Numbered from the stretch's first letter, positions 27,061 to 40,110 are shown. The stretch: DNA of 64,000 nucleotides from Octopus vulgaris (GCA_951406725.2 OX597829.1:24614001-24678000); one strand, 5' to 3'. Translations and numbers: made by a program. Notes: a model not told the origin generated them from the sequence alone.

Positions 27061-27535
27061 CTTTAGCATTTAAACTGACCATATCCTCCCAAAATATTCT
27101 ACCTGTTATATGTTTAAATGGACCAGATTCAGCCTCTCACACCTACCATACAATATCATTTTAAACAGTCACGTCATTGAAATCTCAAAGCTACAAGATA
27201 ATGCATGTCTAATTCAAAACAATGTGAATAAATAAGCATTACATTTGACAGAATAATCTGAATTGTAAAGAGTTAACAGTGCCTCATTTTCTGCCAGTTC
27301 CTTGTACTTATTTTTTCTTCTTAATAAACCCTTACTGATACTATCAACTTGTACCATATATGACACTCAACTGACTGCATAAATATACATTGTATAACAC
27401 TCTTATCTGCATTATTTGTATTACTTGGTTGACTTTACAAATGTGAAAATATTTGTAATGTATAACATATTTTGTATAAACCTTGTTTTTATTAATAATG
27501 TAACTGAAAACTTGTCTAGGTTGTCTAATTCATCA

Positions 27536-27890
27536 ACATCATCATTTAACGTGTGTTTTCCATGCTGTCATGGGTTAGATGGTTTAACTGGAACTGGTAA
27601 GATGGAGAGTTGCACCAGGTTTCAGTCTGATTTGGCATGATTTCTATGATTGGATGCCCTTCCTAACACCAACCTGTCCAAGTGTGTAATGGGTACATTT
27701 TATATGCCACTGGCACCAGTAATGGCCATGACTATGATTTTACAGGTGCCATTTACATGACACTGGGAACAGCCATGACCACACTTTCTCTTGGCTTAAC
27801 AAATCTTCTCAAGCACAGCATATTGCAAAGGTCTCGGTCACTTGTCATTGCCTCCATGAGACCCAACATTCAAAGATCATGCTTCACCAG
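27536..27890 (-). mobile_element. Degraded RTE 3' end
   Basis: (CAT)n tail and TGGATGCCCTTCCTAAC motif. Confidence 0.75.
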
Positions 27891-28084
27891 CTTGTCTCTC
27901 TGTGAGACTCAGAAGCAGATCTTCATACTGGTGGTATGTAGAAAACAAAAAGCAATCTATTATAATTAAATTATCTCTGAACATCCTTATTTTCTACATT
28001 GGTGACTTTGTTGTAATTGAACAGCACAGTATATATTTGCAGGTGCATTTTGAAGCGATTGGGTAGCAAGTATCTATGAATTCC

Positions 28085-29123
28085 TTGTTTTTTATATGTT
28101 GCATATGTTAATGACATAGATGCCAACTTAAAGAATGCCACAGTGCTGAAATATGCAGATGACATCAAGCTGTACCTCAAAATAAAGAGGTCAAATCCTG
28201 TACACTATAGATCTCTATTGCAAGCAGACCTGGACACAATACAGCAGTGGATCATGGACTGGCAACTCAAGCTGGCTGTGGACAAATGTACCACCATGCA
28301 TTTTGGGAGGAGAAACCCAGCGTCCACCTACTCCCTCCACAACACTAGTCTCAAAAAGTCTTCATGTGAACATGACCTGGGTGTTATTGTTGACAGTGAT
28401 TTGCGTTGGACAAAACACATCGCTAAAATTGTCAAGAAGGCTGAGGGTGTCTTGGCATTACTCACCAAATCCTTTGTGAGCCGCTCTCTGGCTATCTATC
28501 TGCGGCTTTATATAGCTATGGTAAGACCTCACTTAGAATTTGCATCACCGGTCTGGAACCCCTATCTTGCCCAGGATATCAATCGTCTGGAAGCTGTTCA
28601 GCGACGTGCAACCAAAAGAATACCCTCCATCAGGCATTTGCCATATCCTGAACGCCTTACTTCCCTGGGCATGGATACATTGAAACTCCGACGTCTGGCA
28701 GCTGACTTGGCAGACACCCATAAAATTATCAACCATCGTACAAACAATAACTCTGAGCACCTTTTCAAACTCCACCCATCTAACACCCGTGGACATATTT
28801 ACAAAGTCAGAAAACAGCACAGCTCCCATGAATTCAGGAAACATTTTTTTCACGCTGAGAGTTGCTGAAGCATGGAACAAACTGCCAGCATCAGTTGTTA
28901 GTTGTCAGAGCACTGCATCCTTGAAAACTTCCATGCTTTCTGAGATTCACTAACACTACACCCGATTTTCTCCCCTCCTTACACACACAAGCATGTATCT
29001 GACTCATACATTGTTCGCTTTCCAGACATTTTTACATTACTGCATGTACTTTATATGCACTTTCTGACAAGTTGTGGTGCACCTGAGCACTGTATATAAT
29101 AATTTCATTATTATTATTATTAT
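28085..29123 (+). mobile_element. CR1-clade LINE 3' part (RT C-terminus)
   Basis: KYADDIKLY, HDLGVIVDSDL, VRPHLEFASPVWNP, LEAVQRRATK and TRGH, followed by an (ATT)n tail. Confidence 0.92.
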
Positions 29124-29299
29124 TCTACACTGTTCATCCTGAGTTTTGATCAAGTAGCCTTATTTCTGATAAAAAAAAACGCATTTTACTTTGAAAGTAC
29201 AAATACACGTGTATAACTTTATTTTTTAAAATGCATTACTTACTCCCTATAGAAGCCCTCTGGTACCACTGCTCTATCTTGAAAAGCATCAGATGGTAC

Positions 29300-29690
29300 C
29301 ATCATGCTTTCAACAAAGAATTGCATGTGTTTATGCATCAATCTGCACCCTCCCACCTCATAGCTATCCATCACACGAACTAGTGTAGACATGTCCTCTG
29401 TTTCCCACTAGATCATCCTACCAGGGCTTTACTCTCATTTGACACAGTAGCTACAAGCTGGAAGAGGCCTTGAAATAGGCTCCACACCAGATGGCTGGAC
29501 GTGGTTAAGGAAGATCTCCAGAGGCTCAACATCATCTTGGAGGATGCAGAGGAACTGGCATGGGACCACCAGCAATGAAAAGCACCGGTGGACCTGGCCA
29601 CCTCTACATGTGATGACATCTATGAGGCCACTAACCTGAGATGACTCCAGCCCCATCAAGCAAAAGCACGAAGCAAGAAGCAAGCAAGAA
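29300..29690 (+). mobile_element. Different RTE-clade 3' end with (GCAA)n tail
   Basis: WKRP*NRLHTRWLDVVKEDL...AEELAWD, then an aagcaagcaag tail. Confidence 0.65.
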
Positions 29691-29994
29691 TTTATTCAAT
29701 TCACTTCACTCTACAACACATATGTATAATACTTTCCCAATGCTTTATGTCAAATATGTTTTCTTTTACATTTATGCTGTTCATCTTTGTATCTTAAGAT
29801 AAGTTTCACTCATTTCATGTCTTATAATAAAGTTGGTTATGTAGGAGAGACATTGGTTGTGTGTTCCTTACTCATCTGAATTACATGACCAAGCTATCTA
29901 AGTGAAAACTGGATAAGAAGAAAAGCTTCAATTCTTGAGACACTATAGAGCTTCCTGGTGACTCAATGGGTTATAGGTAGTCTAGTCTAGTCTA

Positions 29995-30030
<36 letters not shown>

Positions 30031-30179
30031 ATAGAAACAAAATGTTATACAACTGAACAACTATTTCAATGCAGGATAATTTTTTAAAATCTTCTAGAAT
30101 GTAATCTGTGATCCACTTGTTGTTGTTGTTGTTCTTCTTCTTCTTCTTATTATTATTATTAGTAGTAGTAGTATTCTTT

Positions 30180-31357
30180 TAACTCAAGTTTTTCTTGGAA
30201 CTCCTGGGATCTTGCATGAGGAGTGGGCTTGCTAGTACTATGCTATTTATTCTTTTCGAATATCTAATACTTTCCTGATGATTCTGGCTGTGTGGAGGAG
30301 GCAAACGTTTTGCAAGAGCTCTACCTGGTACTATTTTCCTATTTATTTTATATTCTTCTTGATATCTTTTAATACTCTTCCCAAGGCCCCAACAATAATT
30401 TGACATTATCTTCACCTTTTTCATCTTCCACAGTCAGGCTCTCTCATATTCAAGAGTATTGTATACATTATTTCACCTTCCTTCTTAATTATTTGTGGGT
30501 CAAATGGGTATGCAACATCAATTATAGAGTACACTAAGTCTGGCTTGTGCTCAAGCACCTCGTCTGTTCGGAGTGGGAAATCCCACAGGATTTTGCAAGT
30601 TTCTTACTCAACTGCTCTCTGTGGTTTGTGTTTGTACCATGCCTTGCCTCTGAATAACCCTGACTTTTCACATAGTTTCCAATGCTGCCCTTATCCTTCC
30701 TCATCACATTGCTACAACTTATATTGGTTTTGGGTAAGTCTAGAGTATTCCTTTACAATATGAGCAGTGATTTTGTCAAAATCAGCACTTGCTTCCTTCT
30801 AAGGTTGACCCTCCAATATGTAACCAAAGCTTGGTCTTGAACTGCAAGTATGACACTCTCAGTCTCTTTTTAAGTGTCCCTCTCTTTAAACAGTCCAATC
30901 TATATTCTCCAGCAACTTCAGTTATGGCTACACAGAATTATGTAATCCCTTGTTGAGTAATGCTCCTTCATGCCCTTCCTGTACATTTTGCTTTCTTGTT
31001 GTTTTTCTTGCTTTCACTTTCAATATGCCTTCATCTATAACTGCAACTAGCAAGGTTTCCTCACTTTAGGTTAGACATCTCAGCAAGTTCCCATGTTTAA
31101 TATACACATTATTATTATTATTATTATTTTTTTTTTTTTAGTAGTTTTATTTTTATAGCGTGCTTTCACTTCACTACCGAGTGAAGCTCTGTGTGCCTTG
31201 GGTATGTGCTGTGGTTTGTTGTGATGCTCTTATGGTTACTGTATTGAAAGTGTTTTGCGTAGGATGTGTGCAGTTCCCAGTAGTGCAATTTTCTGTATGT
31301 TATATATATTTGTAAGTCTTGGTGTTTTTGTTATGTATTTGTCTGAATATTTTTTTG

Positions 31358-31358
<1 letters not shown>
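30180..31358 (-). mobile_element. Degraded R4/Dong fragments (30180-31105, plus a 3' end at 31140-31358 near-identical to 23280-23495)
   Basis: KETESVILAVQDQAL-like and LWDFPLRTDEVLEHKPD-like remnants with (TTA)n flanks. Confidence 0.7.
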
Positions 31359-31415
<57 letters not shown>

Positions 31416-31416
31416 A

Positions 31417-31640
31417 GGCAGCGAGCTGGCAGAATCATTAACATGCTGGACAAAATGCTTTGTAGTATGCAAAATGCTTTTGTCCATCACTACATTCTGA
31501 GTTCAAATTCTGAAAAGGTCGACTTTGCTTTTCATCCATGTAGGGGTCAATGAAGTACCAGTCATGTACTGAGATAGATGTAATCAACTAGTCCCCTCCC
31601 ACAAAATTTCTACCTTGTGCCTTTAATAGAAAGGATTATC
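31417..31640 (+). mobile_element. Second tRNA-derived SINE family, near full length
   Basis: GAGCTGGCAGAA head, GAGTTCAAATT B box, GTCGACTTTGCTTTTCATCC core and an (ATC/ATT)n tail. Confidence 0.75.
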
Positions 31641-31834
31641 ATCATCATCATCATTATTCAACTGTTCAGCCCATGCTAGCATGAAACATGGTTGTATAAT
31701 GATGAAGATGAGAAATACAAGGTAATTGTGATGTTAAAATTCACCAGAAACTCTAACTTTATATATATATATGTATATATGTTTGTATGTGTGTCTCTAT
31801 ATACTTAGTTAGATAAATAGATAGTCAAATATAC

Positions 31835-31883
<49 letters not shown>

Positions 31884-33526
31884 TATATAAAGATAAATGT
31901 ATGTGTGTATGTGCATGCATGTGTGTGTGTGTGTGTGTACAAATGAAAGAGCATGAAATATATTCTGCACAGATAATATATTCGTTTGACATTGATACAA
32001 AGTATGTTTTTGATCTTTCAGCATCAATGCATGAATAGAGATGGGTAAAGTTAGTGCTCATTAGTTATGGTCGGTTCTATTAGATTAAGGTAGATAAAGA
32101 TGTTTACAAATTTTATCAGTAAATTGTAAGGGAGACTACCGGGCTAAGGTGTATATTCATTGGTAAGGGAAATTACTCTACATAGTTTGATGGTGAAAAT
32201 TAATCATCAATTTTGCTTGGTTCAGAACATACAACCAGCTGAAATTTCTCCAGGAAAAATGGTGTTTGTGACAGTAGTTAGACAACATCACAGATTCTTT
32301 ATTGAAGGATATTACGAGTTGTTTCAGTATCTGATATTTTTCAGACTGGCAAAGTGTACAGTTACATGATCCATTGGCAAATGGAGTAGATCAAGTTAAA
32401 GTAAGGGTTTCACATACCACAAGAATGGGCTGTTTTCCTTGTTCCTAGAACTAAAGAGCAGATATTGATTGTAACAGCTTTCAGGTTGTTAGCATTGAAC
32501 TTGATGTGGTACCTGCAGAAATGCAAGATCATTTGGGCAGACAATGTGACTGATGTCAAAAATTACAAGATAACTCTTGGGGAGAGAGCTGTGAAAATTC
32601 ATGTTTCTAACTAGTCTAACAATGGAAGCAACGTTGTTTAGGCATGAATAGCTAACCTAAACATTATATGCATTAATGAGCTTAAGGTATTTTGTTTGTG
32701 GGTAGTGAAACCTTACAAGGGATACAAAATACCTAGATAAATTCATGGAAGCATCAATGTTGTATATATGTATGTGTGTATGCAGGGGTGGAGAAACCAG
32801 CTTACTTTCCTTTCCTTAGCATTCTTCTAATATAGAGTTCTTGATGTAAACAAGCTTTTCACTGAGTTAGCTTTTCCTGGTTTGCAACTCATTATAAAAG
32901 AATATTTTGTTGAGAATTGCTTTGTCTGAATATAGACTGGAGATTCTCCTCATTATACCATCAACCAAGTTGATAATTATAGCTGGCAGAAAAGAAAGTG
33001 ATTGTTTGTATAATGTCACCTAATTTGACTTTCTGTAGGGGCGTTGCTTATCTGTCTTAAAATCTCAAGTAATATTTAGAAAGTTAGCTGTTGTTAGGTT
33101 ATCTAACGGATACTTTCAAACTCTGTTCATGATGTGCATGTATATATTGTAAATGATTGCCAGGTTATTGTCACTGAACAGACTAGGGTAAAGGTCACTT
33201 TCAATAAATATCAAGAATGAGTAAACCCCCAATACTGGACACTACAGACTATTAGAGTTCTGCTTGGAGACATCAAAAAGCGAGTCTCCTTCTTACTTGA
33301 CCCACAGAGCATGTCATGGTAAAACAACTTCCTGACACTCGGCACTACTCTCATGGCTATTCATTGTTCAATCAAAAAGAACAAGCTTTATTAATGACCA
33401 AGGAGCAGTTTTACCAGTGCCCCATGTTTACATCTCCATTTAAGAATCACATTTGAAAAAATCACGGATGTACATTATATATGTGTGAAAATTTAGATAA
33501 GGTTTCTTTCACTGGTGCATTTTTAA

Positions 33527-33917
33527 TTACTCTTTTAATTGTTTCAGTCATTTGACTGTGGCCATGCTGGAGCATCACCTTTAGTCAAGCAAATCGACCC
33601 CCAGGACTTATTCTTTGTAAGCCTAGTACTTATTCTTTTGCCAAACTGCTAAGTTACGGTGACATAAACACACCAGCATCAGTTGTCAAGCGATGTTGGG
33701 GGTGCCAAACACAGACACACAAACATATACAAACACATACATACATATATATACGACAGGCTTCTTTCAGTTTCCTCTACCAAATCCATTCACAAGGCTT
33801 TGGTCGACCCGAGGCTATAGTAGAAGACACTTGCCCAAGGTGCCACGCAGTGGAACTGAACCCGGACCCATGTGGTTGGTATACAAGCTACTTACCACAC
33901 AACCACTCCTACGCCTA
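33527..33917 (-). mobile_element. Full-length CORE-type SINE
   Basis: Reverse-complement homolog of 21737-22144. Confidence 0.9.
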
Positions 33918-34709
33918 TAATTGTACAAATTTTTCAATCATTGTTGTTTTGTTTTGTATTTCTATTCTATTCTTGGTATGTGTTTTGCTTCTCTAACTTG
34001 AAGAATTATTTGGATATTTGTCTCTTTACCATATAACCTCACTTTTTTTGTGACTTATTTATCACCCTCTCTCTCTCTCTCTGTATATATACACACAATC
34101 ACCATGTGTTTATATGTGATTAATATCTGATAGAAATGATTTGTAAACTGGTATTTTTCAATGTAGATAACAATTGCTAGAATCACTGAACTACTGGTGC
34201 AAAGGAAGTACACACAGCATACAAAAAATTTTGTCTTGAATGTATGCATTCAGAACAACACTTTTGGATGAGGCAACAAGGGAGCTTCTCTATGATCACC
34301 TGACTTGCAAGAAATAGCAAACTAATCTTCCTTGAATTACATTGCATAATTATAAAAATAACATCAATTCATGCAAAAAGAAAGGAATACTTAAATGTAT
34401 TTCAATTTCTGGTGGCATGCCAAACACTACTACCACTTGATGTTTTTCTTCAGAGAAGTTAACACTTCTGCAAGCATTCAACCTACCCCTCTGTTCTCAA
34501 GATAATTTGATATAATATTGAGTTGTTTCCTGCTGCTCCAACTAATGAACCATGGGGTTTTTTATTTTGTATTTTTCTGCACCAGTCAAGGTTGACCTGT
34601 AAACAGTAACGGTTGCAGCTCTTCATGCCTTAATCAAATCATAAAAATAATATATATATCCCAGTGATGTAACATAACTTATAATTAAAAATACAAAGGC
34701 TAAAAATAG

Positions 34710-35330
34710 ACCTTTCTTTGAATGTTAAGACAAACGTAGGTAGAAAATTCTTGGCCCTAATAGAGATTTATTTTATAGATAACCATAGATACAGGAAAAG
34801 TTTTAACAGACGTTCAGTGAAAGTTTTACACAGATGCTGCCACAATATGCAAAGTATTAACACTCACAGGTTACACCAGGTGCACACTCCAAGTTGTAAC
34901 TGTTGAGACCTAGAGACTTATCCAGTCAACTAGGTATGCATGATTAGCTCATTGGTTTATGAAGCTGAAGTTGCTTCAGTGCTCCAAGATAATGAAATTC
35001 AAAAGAAAAAGTATATTGGTATATGTGAAAGTGATTTGAAGAAAAATACAAGAATGACCAGTTTTCTTTCCAAAACATAGATAAGAAAATGTCCATGAAG
35101 TTAGCTAGCCATATCTGAGACCTAAAGGCCAACTATACACTACACACCACACATCCCAAGTGAAGCATCATGGAATGATCACTGCCATGCATTCATGGAT
35201 AAGAGATGCAGGCTTTGTTTAACCAAGACCTCATATCCTTTTTAAATTCAAGAACTCTACTGACTAACTAAAGTCTAGATCTGAAATTTTTATTAAATGT
35301 AAGCATCTGGACAAGTTTCTTTTATTGAAC
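34710..35330 (+). mobile_element. Penelope-like element 3' ORF remnant with GIY-YIG endonuclease
   Basis: NVKTNVGRKFLALIE...FNRRSVKV, CNC, SSLVYEAEV...KYIGICE, RCRLCL and SEIFIKCKHLDKFLL. In-frame stops are present. Confidence 0.85.
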
Positions 35331-35547
35331 TTGAAAACACAACCATCTCGTTCTTTCCATTGAATTAATTTACACCAATGATATTAATTCTGATTTGAAG
35401 GATGTAGCTTGTAATTTTTTTTTTTCCCATTCTACATATTTCTTTTCCCTGCCTATTTTCCTTTCTCATTTTTTTCTCAAAGTGCAACCATCTTGTATAT
35501 TTGCATCTGAATCATTGCCTGGAACAACATGGCACAGCATGCAAGCT

Positions 35548-35590
35548 TGTCTGACCATCATCTTTTCACAGCATGAAACTAATATTAACA
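35548..35590 (+). ncRNA. Degenerate HHR remnant downstream of the PLE ORF
   Basis: gt-CTGACCA-tc...gcat-GAAAC-taat-att-aac at the position where PLE pLTR ribozymes are expected. Confidence 0.35.
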
Positions 35591-35892
35591 CAAATTTAAA
35601 TCCTGTTGCATGTGTGTGTGTGTGTGAATATGTAATTATGTATCCCAGTGATGTAATACTGAAATCACACTTCAAATGTCAGTCAGGATTTCTGTTCTCC
35701 TACCTAAAAAAAAAAAAAGAAAAAATATTCAAACAAAGTTTTGGAGTGGGATTTGAAGTAATAAAACACTTTGTCTTGAATTAATAGAAACATTATAATT
35801 AGGGTAAGAAGAGAAAGAAGGATGAAATACAAATGGTTAAAAAAGGCAAATCAGTAAAGTATAAAAGGCAATGTCTGATGAGATTAAATAAA

Positions 35893-35923
<31 letters not shown>

Positions 35924-36264
35924 AGAAATGGAAATCAAAACAATAAATTCATTAATAAAACCAAGTTTTATTAGTGGAGTGGAAACAGCTGTAATTTATA
36001 TGAGATGTGTTATTTGTTTGTATAAAATAATTAAACTGAATTGAATTTATCATTTAATGATTAAATTATTAAATTATTTAACTGTTTGATTTATTGTTTT
36101 GGTTTCCATTTCTTATTTATATTTTTATATTGATAAACTGTATGTTTATTTTATTTATTTACCTATTTGTTAAGAGCATTAGTTCATAACATTGTTATTG
36201 ATATAGGTAATAAAAACCAATAAATTCTTCAGATATTTAATATCCTTTAGGTGGTTATTTAACA

Positions 36265-36762
36265 AAATCAAAATCGCCGATATGGCCGATGACACTACCG
36301 CCTGATTGGCACTCCTGCCAGTGGAACATTAAAAGCACATCCAAGCATGATTGCTGCCAGAGCCGTGAATTGGCTCCTGTGTCAGTGGCACATAAAAAGT
36401 GCCATTCGAGTGTGATCATTGCCAGCGTCGCCTTACTGGCACATGAAAAACAACATTCGAGCATGGTTGTTGCCAATACCACCAGTCTGGCTCCTTTGTA
36501 GGTAGCACATAAAAAACACCTTTTGAGCGTGGTTGTTGCCAGAAACCGGCTGATTGCCCTCATGCCGGTGGCATGTAAAAGCACCCACTACACTCTTGGA
36601 GTGGTTGGCATTAGGAAGGACATCCAGTTGTAGAAACATTGCCAGATCAGATTGGAGCCTGGTGCAGCCTTCTAGCTTGCCAGTCCTCAGTCAAACTGTC
36701 CAACCCATGCCAGCTTGGAAATCAGACATTAAATGACGATGATGATGATGATGATGATGATG
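36265..36762 (+). mobile_element. RTE 3' UTR with about 5 diverged repeat units
   Basis: GTGGCACATAAAAA units, the conserved 3' motif and a (GAT)n tail. Confidence 0.85.
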
Positions 36763-37410
36763 ATATATATATATACATACATAGTCATCTAGGCAATAAC
36801 AGAAATCATCTATGCTGATGACCTTGTTCTTATAGCTGAATCACCACCAGAACTTGAAACATTGTCTATGACCCATTGCTTGATTGCCATAAGCTTGCCA
36901 AAGCATGCTCAAACTTCCCAAGTTTCACACAAAATTTCCCATTGGCTGTTTTCATCCATGACAAAATTACAGACTACAGCATACATGTGATCTCAAATGC
37001 ACAAATTTCACAATTTACAACATAAACACAGCAATGTCACTCGGCACACTGCCTCATGAAGATCACTGCTAGTTGTCACTGTGCATGCAGGAACTTTTCG
37101 ATACCACCATGTATCTTCTCTTCATTTTCTTTCCCATTCTCCCCGACCTTTTCATGACTTTATATCTGTGCCACTCCTCATTACCATCTCTTTAATATCT
37201 TCCCCAGCCTTACTTTCTCTCTCCAGTCTCACCCTTCATTTTTATATCCTTCTATTAACTCATTCTTTTAGATATCTATTTCTGACTCTGTATCCTTAAA
37301 AAAACCCATCTGGTACATTTCGTCAATATTTCTCCCTATTCTAATTGGACCATTGATCTATCTACCTCATTATCTAGACACATTCTATTTTCCCTGCTGA
37401 TTTATATCTT

Positions 37411-37511
37411 CTTCTGATGATGATAGGATGGATTTCTTATAACATTCTGTGGTAGGCAAAATCACACAGATCTGCTACTAATATGCAACCTTCCTAGAAA
37501 CAGCTGTAAAG
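37411..37511 (+). ncRNA. HHR-like motif with long helix II (family of 1724-1781)
   Basis: ctt-CTGATGA(tga)-taggatgg...ccttccta-GAAAC-agct-GTA-aag. Confidence 0.55.
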
Positions 37512-37894
37512 TACTACCTGCACTTTCCTATCCATCATTTGCAAAGTTTTCACCAGAAATTGTATGGATTTTACTTACCTATTATAGTCACTAAGACCTT
37601 CTTCAATTCTCTTCTATCTCATCCTGGTATGTGTGTACCTGTCTATGCCGAATTTTCACCTTCCAGATCTTTCCTGGTTTACTGCTATATTTTTGTTCTC
37701 TCTTCAATATGTTATAAAATGATTTGATACCTTGTAACTGCTTGTATATATTTTGGCTTATTATACCAACCTACCTACCTGCATCTATGTATCTGTCTAT
37801 GTAGCTACATAGGGGCAAGTGTTTTCTACTGTAGCCTCAGGCCAACAAAAGCCTTATGAGTAGATTTGGTAAACAAAAACTGGAAGAAGCCCAT

Positions 37895-37928
<34 letters not shown>

Positions 37929-37929
<1 letters not shown>

Positions 37930-38265
37930 TGATACCCCCTTCAGTCATGACTGACCATGGGATTGTACCTAGAAAGTTACCTTCCGAGGCACAAGTCAGG
38001 GCAAGGTTGTTTATGAAGGACCAGCAGTCACCCATGCATACTGGCCTCCCCTCTCCATGCCACCAGTGTTATCCAAGGGAAAGGTAAAGGCCGATACAGC
38101 TTGGCACCTGTGACGTTGCAACTCATTTCTACCGCTGAGTGAACTGGAGTAACGTGAAATAAAGTGTCTTGCTCAAGAACACAACACACAGCCTGTTCCG
38201 GGATTTGAACTCACAACCTTGCGATCATAAACTTGACGCTCTAACCACTGAGCCATGTGCTTTCA
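37929..38265 (-). mobile_element. Third tRNA-derived SINE family
   Basis: Minus strand TGGCTCAGTGGTTAGAGCG ... GAGTTCAAATCCCGG ... TTGAGCAAGACAC. Confidence 0.8.
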
Positions 38266-38909
38266 CACACACACACATATATATATATTTATGAAGGCCA
38301 ATGTATGTGTATTTTTATGTTTTTGCCTCACCACTGCTTGATATCCAGTGTTGGTATGTTTACATCCCCCGTAACTTCATGGTTCAGCAAAAGAAACCAA
38401 CAGAATAAGTACCAGGCTTAGCAAAAAATTAAGTAATGGGGTCAATTCATTCAACTAAAAATTCTTCAAGACAGAGCCCCAGCATAGCTGCAGTTTAATG
38501 ACTGAAACAAGTGAAAGATAAAAAATAACAGATACATATATGAATATATATATATATAGATAGATAGATAGATAGATAGATATAGATATAGATATATCAT
38601 CATCGTCGTTTAACGTCCGTTCTCCATGCTAGCATGGGTTGGACGGTTCGACCGGGGTTCTGGGAAGCCAGAAGGCTGCACCAGGCTCCAGTCTAATCTG
38701 GCAATGTTTCTACAGCTGGATGCCCTTCCTAACGCCAACCACTCCGTGAGTGTAGTGGGTGCTTTTTACGTGCCACCTGCACATATGCATGTATATATAT
38801 ATATATGCATATATATGTACACACACACATATATATATATATATATATGCATGTATAAATACATATACGTAGATACTTACATATATATATATATATACAC
38901 ATGCATATA

Positions 38910-39240
38910 TGGGTGCAGGACATCATTGAACGTAAACAACATGATATACAAAAACATGGAATATGAACTCTTATGCAAACAATGAAAGGAACAAATGGAA
39001 AACAAGACAAGCAACATAAAGAACAACCCTCCATCAGTTGTCGGCTGTTTTATCTACTCCACATTTTGAGCATTTACGACAAGATGTGCTTTTGTCAAAA
39101 ACAGTTACTCCTGCAAAGCAAATTAAATAAAATTTGGTATTTGCAGAGGGTTAAAGTTGGTAACAAAAACAGGACAGTAAAAACAGTAAGGGCTGTTAAG
39201 CCATGATAAGGTGAGGTGGCTAACACTGGAGAAACATGTT
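38910..39240 (-). mobile_element. Microsatellite-embedded repeat family (also about 40470-40715, 55100-55210, 56130-56385)
   Basis: Shared AAATTTTATTTAATTTGCTTTG...AACTGATGAAGGG...TTTTCCATTTG segments next to (TA)n. Confidence 0.7.
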
Positions 39241-39595
39241 TTGACATAGCACCCACTACACTCTCGGAGTGGTTGGCGTTAGGAAGGGCATCCAGCTGTA
39301 GAAACTCTGCCAGATCAGATTGGAGCCTGGTGCAGCCATCTGGTTTGCCAGTCCACAGTCTGGAAAGTGGACGTTAAATGATGATGATAATGATATATGT
39401 GTAAATATATATATATATATATATATTAATAGTTATCACCATACTAATATGGCAGTCTATAAATATAAGACTAAAGCTGTCGCTGATTAGCTCCAAGAGG
39501 CCACCGCCTCTAGCTAGTTATATGACACACGAACCTGCGTCCATTACAACCTTCGAACAGGGGAGGTCAGCTGCTTCACCTTGCTAGTCAGACAC

Positions 39596-39636
39596 CTGCA
39601 GACATGTTTCAGGGTTGTTGCCCTTTATCAATGCAG
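39596..39636 (-). ncRNA. Minimal type-I hammerhead ribozyme, U3:A8 variant
   Basis: ctgca-TTGATAA-aggg(caacaa)ccct-GAAAC-at-GTC-tgcag. Confidence 0.8.
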
Positions 39637-39955
39637 CGTAGCCAGAACCAGCAGGTGTTGCTACTGAGCATCTGTTCGAAGATTTTATTTACCCAGTTAC
39701 AGTGGAATACATCCACTTGTTTTCAATAATAGAAATATTAAAATTACTAAGTCTCTCTAAAGGAGATTACGGCAGCGTTACTGGGTATTAATAGTTATCG
39801 CCATACTAATATGGCAGTCTATAAATAAGACTAAAGCTGTCGCTGATTAGCTCCAAGAGGCCACCGCCTCTAGCTAGCTATTTGACACACAAACCTGCAT
39901 CCATTACAACCTTCGAACAGGGGAGGTCAGCCGCTTCACCTTGCTAGTCAGACAT

Positions 39956-39996
39956 CTGCAGACATGTTTCAGTGTTGTTGCCCTTTATCAATGCAG
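39956..39996 (-). ncRNA. Second HHR copy, one helix II mismatch
   Basis: ctgca-TTGATAA-aggg(caacaa)cact-GAAAC-at-GTC-tgcag, exactly 360 nt from the first copy. Confidence 0.72.
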
Positions 39997-40077
39997 CGTA
40001 GCCAGAACCAGCAGGTGTCACTACTGACCGATGTATTCCACTGTAACTAGGTGAATAAAATCTTTGAACAGATGATT

Positions 40078-40110
<33 letters not shown>

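Larger units (their letters stand above)
39424..40074 (-). mobile_element. Non-coding ~360-nt tandem element with two HHRs and a terminal inversion (retrozyme/PLE-pLTR-like)
   Basis: 39424-39667 is repeated at 39786-40027. 40030-40074 is the reverse complement of 39669-39713. Flanks are (TA)n. Confidence 0.85.

Noticed and set aside
32160-32720. Possible hAT transposase relic (LDVVPAEMQD...GERAVKI)
   Set aside because: The resemblance is too weak to call without an alignment, and no TIRs were found.
38190-38265. tRNA-like sequences (also 21737-21810)
   Set aside because: They are SINE heads followed by SINE bodies, without an intact cloverleaf.
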